Below, piece after piece: positions 41,055 to 55,100 of a stretch of DNA of 64,000 nucleotides (position 1 is its first letter; each line of letters starts with the position of its first letter). Source of the stretch: Octopus sinensis (lineage: Eukaryota); contig NC_043022.1 in assembly GCF_006345805.1 (NCBI RefSeq), forward strand, positions 9,610,001-9,674,000. Direction: 5' to 3'. A model generated the notes under the pieces. It made no database searches. It was not told where the DNA came from and saw only the letters and a list, made by a program, of their open reading frames with translations. The translations under genes and the position numbers were made by a program.

Positions 41055-42776
41055 CTTATTATAAAAGGCAGATTTTATCTGCCTCCCTTTGGAGTTATAC
41101 AAATCTACAATATAGGATTTCTTCAATTACAATTTACCTAGCAGTTTTAAGAGTACAATGCATCGCGTCATGCCAGGTCCAGTTTTTAAAATTTAAACTC
41201 CAATTAAGCAAAATTTACAGAAAACTCACATTCTGGTGTGTGTGTCAAATGCTTTTCTTAGTCTGGTTTACACCACACGCAAACGCACACACCACAGTGG
41301 GCAAGGAATAAAATGAAAGTAATTCACTTACTGTAGTGAGTGATTCTTTCACTCTGCTTCCCACTTCCTCTTTACACACATAGAAAAAACTTTTATTTTT
41401 TTACATAAGTAATGAGAGCGAAAGAGACTAAGAGAAAGCGATTGTATGACGAGGGAAGTTCTTTTGAAGTTACCGTGCATGGGACTCATTGATGTACATG
41501 TGTGTGTGTGTGTGTTTGATGGAGTGTGGGAGACAGACAGTATGTTGTGTAAGTGAAGTGCTTCTGTTAGTGTGTGTGAAGAGACAGAGAGAGTAATGTG
41601 TGAAAGAGAGAGATAACTGAAATTTTTTACTCAGTTATGTGTATATGTATGTATGCATGTATGTGTGTGTTGTGTGTGTGTGTGTGTGTGTGGTATGTAT
41701 GTATTTATATATAAAAGAAAGGTTGTGTGTCTGTCTACTCCGATTTAGATTCCTAACTACTCCCACATTTTGCGATGCAGTTTAACCAAAACCGGTATCT
41801 TATAGTCGTGATTCATATCGAGCCCTTCTGGGTATTAGCGCGCGTCTACGATGAGTCTATGATTTTACAAATAATTTACCATCATTTTTTTCCATTTTGA
41901 TGCATATTTTTTTAAATAAACGGAAGTAACTCTCAAACTTCACACCAATATGCGTGCTCATATGCGACGTAATATCACATCACCAGCATTTCCTCACACT
42001 CTCCTTGCACTTGGCGAAGGCAAAATACCAGGGGATGAAAATGGTAATATTGCCATCGATTCCATTTGTACCATTGTTAAGACGCCTTCTGATCTCAGAG
42101 ATGCAGTGTTCCCAGATTTACAAGCTAATTATCAGAATATGGATTGGATTGGAAAAAAGGCTATACTGGCCCCGAGGAATAAAACTGTTCACCATATTAA
42201 TGATGAAATGCTAAAACTCATTCATGGGGAAGTCGATGTATATCAGTCTATCGATACAACTCCTGACCCAGAGGACGTCATCAACTATCCAATAGAGGTA
42301 CTCAATTCCTTTGAGCACCCCGGACTACACCACACTTTCTCAAACTTAAAGTTAGTGCCCCTATAAGCTCATCAGAAATTTGGTTCCCCAAAACAATGCA
42401 ATGGCACACGTTGGCGTTAAGTCCTTATCTCCCACCGTAAGCTTATTTCAATATTGCCTGAATAATCATCATAATTCAGTGCAATCATTAACAGTACTTT
42501 CAAGCAATTCAGCCCCGAGCAACGCCGGGCAATTCTGCTAGTATATATATAAAGGATGCAGTACAGAATTTTGTTATTGAACAGGTCGCGATCTCAAAGT
42601 GACGAAAAATATTTTGGCAAATTAAATTAAATGTTGAAGTGAATCTAATGCTTTGTGTGTGTTTCTTTAATGGTTTATAAACACCTTCCATGTTGCAATT
42701 GTTTTCGGTCCAGTACATGATTTCAGATCAGGTCACTTGCTGTGCAAGTACATCTCTGTAATATATATATACATAT

Positions 42777-42850
<74 letters not shown>

Positions 42851-43090
42851 GGAGTAAACACATAAATGTGAAACAAGAGTACTCAAATACCAGTGGTAGA
42901 GTAATATGCTTTATTTAAAGCAGCAGAAAATTCAACAAAATCTGTTACTCTGAGTTTCCTGTTGCCGTTCATCGGACAGTTTTTGCTAGAATGGCAAAAA
43001 CTGTCCGATTCTAGCAAAAACTGTCCGATGAACGGTAATGGGAAACTCAGAGTAACAGATTTTGTTGAATTTTCTGCTGCTTTAAATAAA

Positions 43091-43136
<46 letters not shown>

Positions 43137-43263
43137 AATGAAAAAGCATTTCCATTAATAAACATACATACATGCATACACACACTTATACGTACATATC
43201 CATTAATATACATAAATACATACACATACACATTTGCACTCATGCATATATACCGATGTACAT

Positions 43264-43296
<33 letters not shown>

Positions 43297-43310
43297 CATA
43301 CATACATGTA

Positions 43311-43345
<35 letters not shown>

Positions 43346-46300
43346 GTATAATAGAATGTATTAAGTATTCGAATATCTTTTTATCTTTATATGCTGTTGT
43401 AATAGCGTATTCTCTTGATAACTTCTTCTTCAGATATGGGATCTATCTGATCCAACTGGAAAAGGATACTTAGAGAAACCAGGATTTTTTATTGCTCTCA
43501 AGCTGATAGCTCTTGCACAAATTGGACATGAAATCTCTCTTGGGAGACTGCCTTCTGAAACACCGCCACCAAATCTGGTAAGTGGAATCCAGTTCCTTGT
43601 TACAGTAAATCTGAACTATATTGCTCCCTTACCATTTTGGCTTATCTGTTTCATCATCATCTTCATCATCATCATCATCGTCATCATCATAGCAGCCACT
43701 TTTCCATGCTTGTGTTGGTCGGACTGAATGTGTTGAGTTCAAATTTTTCTACTGCTGGGTGCCCTTCCAGTCACCAACTCTTATCTGTTTTCTCAAGACC
43801 AAACACATTTTCACAAAAGATTCAAAACAAAGGACACTGCTTGTGTAACTGTGGCACTTGTTTACAGCTGTCACATGATGTTAGGTAAGCAGACAACAGC
43901 AAACACCCACAAGGGCTTTCTTACTCTTTCTTATTTCTTTATTGCCCACAAGGAGCTAAACATAGAGGGGACAAACAAGGACAGACAAAGGGATTAAGTC
44001 GATTACATCGACCCCATTGCATAGTTTCTACATCAAACGGCTATGGGGTTCACTAGAATAAAATAGTAATCAAAGGGGTCTATAGATAAAAAAATTGGTT
44101 GAGAAGAACTGCTCTATCAAATGTAATGCTTATATATTCACATTGTTTTGAATTAATCATGCATTATCTCATAGCTTCAAGATTTCAATGCTGTGGTTAT
44201 TTATTTTTAGAACGACATTGTAAGGTAGGTGTGAGAGGCCAGATCTGTTCAGTTTGAACATAAAGAGATAGAATATTGGGGATGGATATGGCTGGTTAAA
44301 TTGCTAAAGAGTTAAGATGATCTGCCTAATTAGTTCAAAAACAAGATGATATTTGGTTTCAGTGAGGACCAGTTATCATCCCATGAGGGTGAAAGATGGG
44401 ACAAATTTCAGCTGCTTCTTGTAAGTCATTTTCATTATCCAATCACATGCTCTGGAAACTATCAGGGCTTTTCTTGGGTCCTTTCTTTTGCTACTCTTCC
44501 TCTTTGACAAAACTGGTCCTCCTGACTAGTATGGGTGTTTCTACTGTCACTGGTCCCCCTTGCTGATTGCTTCAATGATGATCTTGGGTTTGCGATCAGG
44601 TCTTCAACAACAGTGTCCTTTGCCCAGTGCCTTGGTACATCCGTCCATGATATGTTCAAGGGTCTCTATCTTATTTCTTTATTACCCACAAGGGGCTAAA
44701 CATAGAGGAGACAAAGAAGGAGAAAGGGATTAAGTCAATTAGATTAACCCCAGTACGTAACTGGTACTTGATTTACCGACCCCGAAAGGATGAAAGGCAA
44801 AGTCGACCTCGGCGGAATTTGAACTCAGAACGTAGCGGCAAATGAAATACCGCTAAGCATTTTGCCTGGTGTACTAACATTTCTGCCAGTTCACCACCTT
44901 CAAGGGTCTCTATCTTGGAACATGAAGTGGGTGGCACATGCAGTTGTCTTGTCCTATGTAAGTTGGATGGGCTGCAGAGCACACTGTAGATTCCCTTAAT
45001 CAAGAACTTGGTCCTCTGTGAGTATCTTCTCAAGTGACATTCTGCTTCATCCTCTGTTTTCATTCCAACCAGACACTTTGTCCACACATTGCCCTTACTC
45101 TGTTTGCCCACCTTTCGTCTACAGACCTTTGCACTCCCATCTGCACCAGCTTCCACCTTTTCTTCTTGCTGAGTGTGTCATATCAAGTTGTTGTGCTCCT
45201 GAGACTGGTCCTGCTCTGTGTTGCACTATGAAGAATGGTCTTGTGTTTCAGCTGCTTTTGCTGCCCTCCACTTCCTCTCCTCATAGCATTCTGCATTAGA
45301 CACTCTCCTGTTCCTTCAACTTGTGTCTTGCAGGTGTTCTCAAGTATCACAACACTTGTTCCCATGACATCATGAATTTTTCCCTGACATAACAAAATGG
45401 AAAGCTTGTTACTTCTTCTGTTTAGTCCAGTACTCTTCAGGCTGTACATAAACCTGTCCACCGGCAAAAATGGCCTTTCACTTTATGCTCAAAGCCCACC
45501 AGTACAGCAAGGGCCAGAGGATTCTTGTGAAGAATCCTATATTAGTAGAACAAGGCCTTAACCCTTTAGCATTTGAACTGGCCATATCTGGCCCAAATTT
45601 TCTCCTTCTTTTATGTTCAAACCATCTAGATCTGGCCTCTCGCTCATATCCTACAATGACATCCTCAAAATAAAACCATCACATCATCAAATTCTCAGAG
45701 CTAAAAGATACTCTTTACTCTTTTACTTGTTTCAGTCATTTGACTGTGGCCATGCTGGAGCACCGCCCTTAATCGAGTAACTCGACCCTGGGACTTATTC
45801 TTTTGTAAGCCCGGTACTTATTCTATCAGTCTCTTTTGCCGAACCGCTAAGTAACGGGGACATAAACACACCAGCATCGGTTGTCAAGCAATGCTAGGGG
45901 GACAAACACAGACGCACAAACACACACACGCATATATATATACATATATTCGACGGGCTTCTTTCAGTTTCCGTCTACCAAATCCACTCACAAGGCTTTG
46001 GTCAGCCCAAGGCTATAGTAGAAGACACTTTCCTAAGGTGCCACGCAGTGGGACTGAACCCGGAACCATGTGGTTGGTAAACAAGCTACTTACCACGCAG
46101 CCACTCCTGCGCCTGTAATGCAGGATTAATTCAAAACAATGTGAATGAAAAAGCATTATATTTGACAGAGTAATCTGAATGCGAAAGGGTTAAAAATCTT
46201 CCCAATATCCTAGTCTTCTAGGTCAGTTTCGGTCAACATGATGGACTGTGTGTCCTTCAGACTGGAGTTGAAGACCTTCCCAAGACCCTTTACTGTTTAT

Positions 46301-47970
46301 GGCAGATAGGGTCTGGTCTTCCCACTTGGAACTTATAAGTAATGTTCCCTTTCATCTAACTCACACCTGAGGAAACCCTCAAACTGTATCTGGTGTCTAT
46401 CCAGTGCAAATTGGACAAGCCTGTTTGGTATCCAGCTGTTGATGTTCATCATATCTAGCCATAGTACAGCTAGGGGTACTCCTTCCCATTTTTGCCTCCC
46501 TAACTAATTCACTTGTCACTTATTGTTATTTCTCTTACGTTCCTCTTAGCTACAGCTGGGATGCTCTTCCAGACACCAACTCTTATTCATTTCCTCAAGA
46601 CCAGACTTGTTTTCATGAAAGATTGGAAACAAAGGACACTGCTTGTATAACAGTGACCCTTTTTTACAACTGCCATGTGATGTTAAGCAGAGTGGCAGTA
46701 ACACACACACACACACACACATCCTCTCTCTCTCTTTCTCATTTACTCTTCACTCATTCCATTCCTCATCCCCTTTGAAGTTATCCTTTTTTAAACAACC
46801 ATTGATGCACACGTGTATCATTTGGATTGTCGTCCTCATCTAATGCTCGCTCTTCCATGCTTGCATGGTTGAATGGAATATGTTGAAGATTTTCTACTGC
46901 CAGATGCCCTTCCAGTCACTTCTTACTTTCCTTCATCTTCTCCTTCCCTCCAACTTCATCCCTCCTCATTCTCCTCCATCATCCACACATTTCATTTCTT
47001 TCTTCCTCTTCTTTTAACTTTTCTCGCTCCTTCTGTCTCCTTTGCTTTGGCTCTTCACTTCTTCAGTCTCTTCCATTCAGCTCTCTGCTGCCACAACCAC
47101 CAACACTACCACCTCCTATACAAATCTTGCCATCACAACAAGGACCAACCACCACCACCACCATCACCACCACCACCACACCACCACTACTACTACTACT
47201 ACCACTACCACCACTACTACCAGAGCCCCCTACCACCACTACTACTACTATTACCCAAACTACCAATTCTACTACTACTACTACTATTACCCAAACTACC
47301 AATTCTACTACTACTACTATCACCACCACCACCGCCACTACTACCACAGCCCCAACCACAACCACTACTACCACCCAAACTACCAATTCTACTACTACTA
47401 CTACCACTACTACTACTACTACTACCAATTCTACAACTACTATTACTACTACTACTTACACTGCTTCTATCTCCATCATCATTATCACCACCACTACCCA
47501 TATTTCTATTACTACTACTACTACTTCCAAAATCACTAATAATACTGTTACTACCAACACCACTACTACAACCACCTATACTATTTCTATCTCCATCACC
47601 ACACTGATGACTACCACCATCACCATTACGACTACATCCACCACCACCACAACCACAACCATCAATGCTACTACTACTACTACTACTACTACTACAACAA
47701 CAACTACTACTGCCACCATCACCACCAATACCACTTCTGCAACCACCACCACCACCACCACTACCACAGTGAATCTATGTTGTTCAGCACTGTCTCTGTC
47801 TCCCCTGCCCAGTCAGCTGTTCCCCCTTCCCCCCAGCCGCCCCCCCCCGTCTTACCTCCTACACTTCATCGGTTATTGATTTATTCCAAAGCTAGCAAAA
47901 CACACGCACACACAGACAAGCACATGCTGCTCCCCCCCCACGCACCTATGCTAATGCCTCTCTCTCTCTC

Positions 47971-48022
<52 letters not shown>

Positions 48023-48257
48023 CTCCTGTATTTTTTTTTTTCATCAATCACATGAGTTTGTAGATTACTGTTATTTAGTAGCTTCTTCCTCTTGTTTAAC
48101 ATGTTTTATCCATTGCTGCTACTGCTGCTACTACTGCTACCACTTTGATTGTTATTGATAGTGATGGTCCTTATGGATTGGAGGGGGGTTGGCATATATA
48201 TATATATATATATATATCCACATATACATACATACATACATATATATATATATACAC

Positions 48258-48292
<35 letters not shown>

Positions 48293-48377
48293 ATATATAT
48301 ATATATATTATATACATACACATACATACATATATATGTTTTTAATTACCTATCTTTTGTCTGCCTGCCTGTCTGTT

Positions 48378-48421
<44 letters not shown>

Positions 48422-48805
48422 CAATTCTTTGCAATATTAATGATTTCCTTGTCTATTAAACATACATTTGTATTGAAGGAAAAGAACCCGATAAACAGAA
48501 AAAACAAAAACAAAAATAAACACACAAAACAAATAATAAAAAGAGAACACTGATTGGGCTTCTCAGATTTGATATCAGCATTGGCTATTATGTGTATATG
48601 GTAATGTGTACGTCTATATATATGTATATTATATATATATATATATATATATAAGTTCAGTAAAATTTAGATTCAGTTGAATATGGTACTTAGGTTAAAG
48701 GCACCAGAATTTAGTATGGTATTATCCATATATTTCAAAATGGGGTGATTATAATCAAAATAAGCAACGATCATACTGCATTACCTCTCGATATCCTTGT
48801 TGCTT

Positions 48806-48850
<45 letters not shown>

Positions 48851-49074
48851 TATATAATAATCATCATTATCATTTAATTTCTATGTTCAATATATATCTA
48901 TGTGTGTGTGTGTGTGATTGAGATTTGGTAGTCATATATTTGTGCTGTAGTAAACATCCTCAGTAAATGGTTATAACATGACTCTACCAAATTGCAGTGA
49001 TATCTCTTTCTGGAAAAAAAAATACTTCTTTGGGGTGAGCCCCTTAACAAATGCATAACGTAAATGAGTTAAGG

Positions 49075-49116
<42 letters not shown>

Positions 49117-52100
49117 ATCACGTAACCGACCAGGCTATCAGATGTTGTTACACATCGCTGGTCACAATGTGCTTTGCATTGTTTTAGCCTTCAAATGACG
49201 CCACCCCGCTGGCTAAGCGAGCAGGCCAACAGAAGAAAGAGTGAGAGGAAGTTGTGGCGAAAGAGTACAGCAGGGATTGCCACCACCCCTTGCCGGAGCC
49301 TCGTGGAGCGATAGGTGTTTTCACTCAATAAACACTCACAACGCCCGGTCTGCGAATCGAAACCGCGATCCTATGACTGCGAGTCTGCTGCCCTAACCAC
49401 TGGGCCATTGCGCCCGAAATCGATCAACATCAATGGAAATTGTAGCTGTGATACCAGTGCCGGTGGCATGTAAGAGAACTATCCGAATGTGGCCGTTGCC
49501 AGCACTGCCCCGACTGGCCTGCATGCCGGTGACATGTAAAAAGCACCATCCGATCGTGGCCGTTACCAGCCTCACCTGGCCTACGTGCCAGTAGCACGTA
49601 AAAAGCACCATCTGATCGTGGCTGTTGCCAGCCTTGTATGGCACCTGTGCTGGTGGCACGTAAAAAGCACCCACTACACTCACGGAGTGGTTGGCATTAG
49701 GAAGGGCATCCAGCCGTAGAAACACTGCCAGATCAGACTGGGCCTGGTGCAGCCTTCGGGCTTCTCAGACCCCAGTTGAACCGTCCAACCCATGCTAGCA
49801 TGGAAAGCGGATGCTAAACGATGATGATGATGATGATGATATATACATACTGACTGGAGCATCAGAGCACTTTAGCTCTTATTTCTAGCATTGTAGGTGT
49901 TCTAACCCCATCTGTCATATTTAATGACAGTTATAGTTTTCCTTTTTGATGATACATTGCTAAACAATTGCTTAATTTAATTATATATGCAGTAATCCCT
50001 TGACTATCGCGGGTATTATGTTCCAAAACCTTCCGTGATAGGCGAGAATCTGCAAAGTAGAAACAGTACTGTACTGTATATTTTTTATTATTATTTTCAT
50101 AATTTCTATATGTTTATTTTATCATAAATGCAAAATAACACCACGGAGGTATCAATGGAAGCTTAAATAATAAATCGTGACAGGTGAACTGCTGTAGGTG
50201 AACCGTGATATGGCGAGGAATTACTGTATGTTTTTGTATGTAAGAATATACGCATGTCATTATTCAGTTTTATTTCAAGATTTCTTGCCAATAGAGAAAG
50301 AGCAAGTTTCTAACCTTGATCCAAGACTCCTTCATAGGAATTTCAACATCAATAGCAGAGTAATTTTGTTTGTTTGTTTGTTTGTTTGTATGTATGTATG
50401 TATGTATGTATGTATGTATATGTGCAGATTTATATGTTTTGTTTTATGTATATGTCTTCTCATGCATATACTTGCATATCTAGACATGATATATTTATAT
50501 TTGAATGTTAAACTCCTGCAAAGTTTTACAGATATTTACAGTTCAAGTGATGGATTAGATTTGTAATCTTTGAATCAGCTTTTTCCTTTCTGGTTTTGAG
50601 AAGCTTAATTTCTCAAGATTAGTATTTAGGCAGGGCTATGTATGTTTGTATGTCTGTATGTATGTGTCAATCATCATCATCATCGTCGTCATCATTGAAA
50701 CATTAATTGTTCTCTCTTCATGTTACCCCCTCTCAGTCTTTTCTGCCAAAGAGTGTCGGCTTGAAACATCAAAGAATTTTCCATTCCCCTTGAGTATGCA
50801 CCTACTTGTTGCTCCCCACCTGTCTTCATCTTTTGTTTTCTGTAAATTTGAACTACACACACACACATTTATACAATACTGCCCACTTTGGGAACCACTG
50901 TAGTAGAGGATGCTTGCCCAAGATGCCATTCAGTAGGGCTGAACCTGAAACTATATGGTTGGGTAGCAAGCTACTTACCATACTCTCGTACATGCATGTT
51001 TATCACTCCTACCATCTCCACCATCTGTATTTTAATGCTGGCATAAGTTGTTACCTATCCCTGATGATGATGTCGTTCCTCTAATGCTTACAACTACCAC
51101 AAGGGAGATAATCATTTCTGCATCAGAAGTTCGGTTAGAAATCTGAAGTTGAAATCAAGGAATTAGAAGGAAAAAGGTGCATATTTAATATTTTTCTCTT
51201 CGTTTGATTGATTAGATATATGCAGGCATGGCTATGTGGTAAGAAGCTTGCTTCCCTACCAAATGGTTTTGGTTTCAGTTCCATTTCTTGACAGTTTGGG
51301 CAAGTGTCTTCTACTTTAGCCCCAGACTAACCAATGCCTTGTGAGAAGATTTGGTAAACAGAAAGAGGAAGAGACCTATCATATGTATATATAATGAAGT
51401 AAAAGGGTAAAGACCCCCCTCTACCTCTATGGTCATGAATGACCATGGGATTGCATCCAGAAAGTTCTCCTCTGAGTTATGTAACCATTCAGAATCACTT
51501 TATGAGAAGCTCTTGAAGGTAGATGCAATCTTTGGTGATGCTTGTACTCTTCTTTCTTACCTTCTCCTTTATAATTTTCTTCCATTATCCTCCTCATCAC
51601 TTTTCAATGTCCACATTCCATGCTAGCATAAGTTGGATAGTCCGAAAGGATCTGATGAGTCCAAGGACTACAGCATGCTCCAGTGCCTGCCCCAGCATGT
51701 TTCCCAAGGCCAGATGCCCTTCTCAATGGTAACCACCTTACAGCAGTGTACTCTCGCCATCAGCACTGGCAAGGCTGTCAATGCAGTTTGCAAGGCTATG
51801 AATCCCAAGTTGGGGTGAGTTCATGCTGGGAGCCGTTGGGGCGAAAGATAAGGAAAAACATGAGAGAAGTAGGGGTGCAGGAGGGGGGTTGGCCGAGCAA
51901 AATCGGGTGGGGTTCCTTGCAGTAGAGAAGCTACATGACTGCTTACATTTTAGAGTAGAGGGCGAGAATGATTGAGTGGAACCAGAAAACGATGGAGGAA
52001 GGGTGTGTGAGATGATTAACAGTGCTGAATAACAAAATAGTAACCGCCGCCGCCACCACCATCATCATCATCATCATCATCATCATAATCACATTACATG

Positions 52101-55100
52101 CTGTCACAAAGTATTTCAGTATCTCATATTTTGCTTTTGAATAATTCCCATTTATTCCCATTTATATTCATTTATCTTATTATTTCTTTTGCCTATTTAT
52201 TTAACAAATTTTTTAATATTTTATTAATTTAGGGACCTGTCGAACCAGTCCTTTCTCCTCCTGAAACAATAGTGATGAGTCCTCCACATTCTGTAGGTAC
52301 CAACTGGGTTATATTGGTAAGTAACTTCATTCTTTTTTCACAATATTTCTTTGAAATGCTGGTCTCTGCTTCAGAGTATATTTAAGCATTTTTAGTCAAG
52401 TTCTTCCATGCACCTGGACACATCATCAGTTATGTTTTCTGGGGCCATTAAGTATTTTGGTTCCCACTGCATGATACCTTCTACTATAGCCACGGGTTGA
52501 CCAAAGCCTTGCGAGTGGATTTGGTGGATGGAAACTGAAAGAAGCCTGCTGTATATATGTGTGTGTTTGTGTATGTGTCTGTGTTTGTCCCCTACCATTG
52601 CTTGATGACCGATGCTGGTGTGTTTATGTCCCTGTAATGTAGCAGTTCGGCAAAAGAGACTGATAGAATAAGTCCTAGGCTTACAAAGAATAAGTTCTGG
52701 GATTGAGTTCTTTGACTAAAATCCTTTAAGACATTGCTCCAGTCAAATGACTGGAACAAGTAAGGGAAATATATATATGTGTGTGTATATGAGTGACGGT
52801 GTGTGGCTTAGGGATCATAAGGTTGTGAGTTCAATTCCCCGTGATGCGCTGTGTCCTTGAGCAAGGCACTTTATTCACGTTGCTTCAGTCCACTCAGCTG
52901 GCAAAAATGAGTAGTACCTGTAATTCAAAAGGCTAGCCTTGTTACACTCTGTGTCATGCTGCATCTCCCTGGAAACTTTGTTAAGGGTACACGTGTTTGT
53001 AGAGTGCTCAGCCACTTGCATGTTAATTTCACAAGCAGGCTGTTCCATTTATCGGATCACCTGGAACTCTTGTCTTCTTAACTGACAAAGAGCCAGTTTG
53101 TGTGTGTAGTGTGTGGGTGTGGGTGGATGTGTGTGTTTTATTCTGAGTTTGTTTCCCACCACCACCATCACCACTTGACAACCACTGTTGGTTTGTTTAC
53201 ATCCTGGTAATTTTGCAGTTAGGTTGAAAGAATCTGGTAGAATGGTAGCATATAAACAGACAGGTTGATTTGTTTGACTAAACCCTTCAAAGTGGTGCCC
53301 CAGCATGGCCGCAGTCCAATGGCTGAAACAAGTACATGAAATCCTTTTCCTTCAAAAGTTGTGATTTGGTGCTTTTGTTAGAAAATCATTAATTGTCATC
53401 CATCACTTGAGCTACAATTATTATAATTAATGTAATTTTCTTTTTCTGTTTTTTTCATTGCAGCCCCCTGAAAAGGCAAAATATGACAAATTATTCGACT
53501 CGTTACAACCTGTTAATGGGTTGGCATCAGGAGACAAAGTAAAACCTGTAAGTTGCCAAGTTCCCTTTTTTGTTCTTTCTATAGTTCTTCTCTTCAGTTG
53601 CCAAAGACTAGGAGGAACATTGGTGTAGTGTTTATAGCTTTGTCATTGCTAGCTCCACCACCACTACCATCACCGCTACCACCACCACAACTACCACCAC
53701 CACAACCACCACCACCACAACCATCACCCCCCCCACCACCACCACTCGGAGGAACATTAGTGTAGTGTATATAGTTTTGTCGTTGCTAGCTCTACCACCA
53801 CCACCACAACCACCACTCCCCCACCACCACCACAACCACCTCCACCACCATTATCGTCATTGTCATCATCGTCATCATCATTGCCACCACCACCACCATC
53901 ATCATCATTGTTGTTGTCGTTGTCATCATCATCACCATTATGATGACAATGATAAAGATGGTGATGATGATGACAACGATATATTCTCCGTAGATGGGTA
54001 GATGGCGCTGCGAGCTGATCTAGGTGTATAGGCACCATTTGTCAACAAGTGAGATATATTCTTCGTAGATGGCGCTGTGAGCTGATCTAGTTATAAACAA
54101 ACCATTTGTCAACATGCGAGATATCATCTCCGTGACAAAACATCCTGAGTAGCTTGTTCCCCAGTTTGAACATGCATCAAGCATATTTGGACTGATCATA
54201 CCATTGCAACTTTACAGATTGCCCCTATTTTCATCCACGTTTCCCTTCTTTTACACCCTGGCATCTCTTCACCACCACCTTTGGTCCCTTTCCAGCTGGG
54301 TTAACCATGCATCTTCTCCTCTGCAGTAAAACACCTTTTCCATTCCCTCTATCATACTTCATCCTCTCTCAACACCTAGCGCGTAAACCCACCTCCCTCA
54401 GTACTACTCACCCTCCACTGAGTCGAGGGAGTCTTGCCTTGTGAGTCACTTGGTGACCTCACTAGTGCTGGTGCCATGGGGGAAAACAGCACCCGGTGCC
54501 CTCTTGCCTTGTGAGTCACTTGGTGACCTCACTAGGGCTGGTGCCATGGGGGAAAACGGCACCCGGTGCCCTCTTGCCTTGTGAGTCACTTGGTGACCTC
54601 ACTAGTGCTGGTGCCATGGGGGAAAACGGCACCCGGTGCTCTCTTGCCTTGTGAGTCACTTGGTGACCTCACTAGTGCTGGTGCCATGGGGGAAAACAGC
54701 ACCCGGTGCTCTCTTGCCTTGTGAGTCACTTGGTGACCTCACTAGTGCTGGTGCCATGGGGGAAAACAGCACCCGGTGCTCTCTTGCCTTGTGAGTCACT
54801 TGGTGACCTCACTAGTGCTGGTGCCATGGGGGAAAACGGCACCCGGTGCCCTCTTGCCTTGTGAGTCACTTGGTGACCTCACTAGTGCTGGTGCCATGGG
54901 GGAAAACAGCACCCGGTGCCCTCTGTAAAGTGGTTGGCATTATGAAGCGGACTCGGCTGTAGAAATCATGCCAAAGTAAACATTGGAATTTAACGTAGGC
55001 CACTATCTTATCAGATCCTGTTGAACTGTCCAGTCTATGCCAGTATGGAAGAAGGATGTTGAATGAACATTATGGGGGTGTTGCAGGAATGTGTGTGTGT

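Noticed and set aside
46873-47879. 250-aa poly-Thr mucin-like ORF and overlapping poly-Leu/His/Tyr ORFs
   Set aside because: Trinucleotide low-complexity tract open in several frames, with no signal peptide or exon boundaries compatible with eps15.
53610-53830. Duplicated ggaggaacatt...gctagctc segment after the 53464 exon as mutually exclusive exons
   Set aside because: The copies are not exon-like, lack acceptors, and are embedded in (ACC)n repeats.
54431-54920. Regular repeat array as a CRISPR locus
   Set aside because: The units are contiguous with no unique spacers, there are no cas genes, and the context is a eukaryotic intron.
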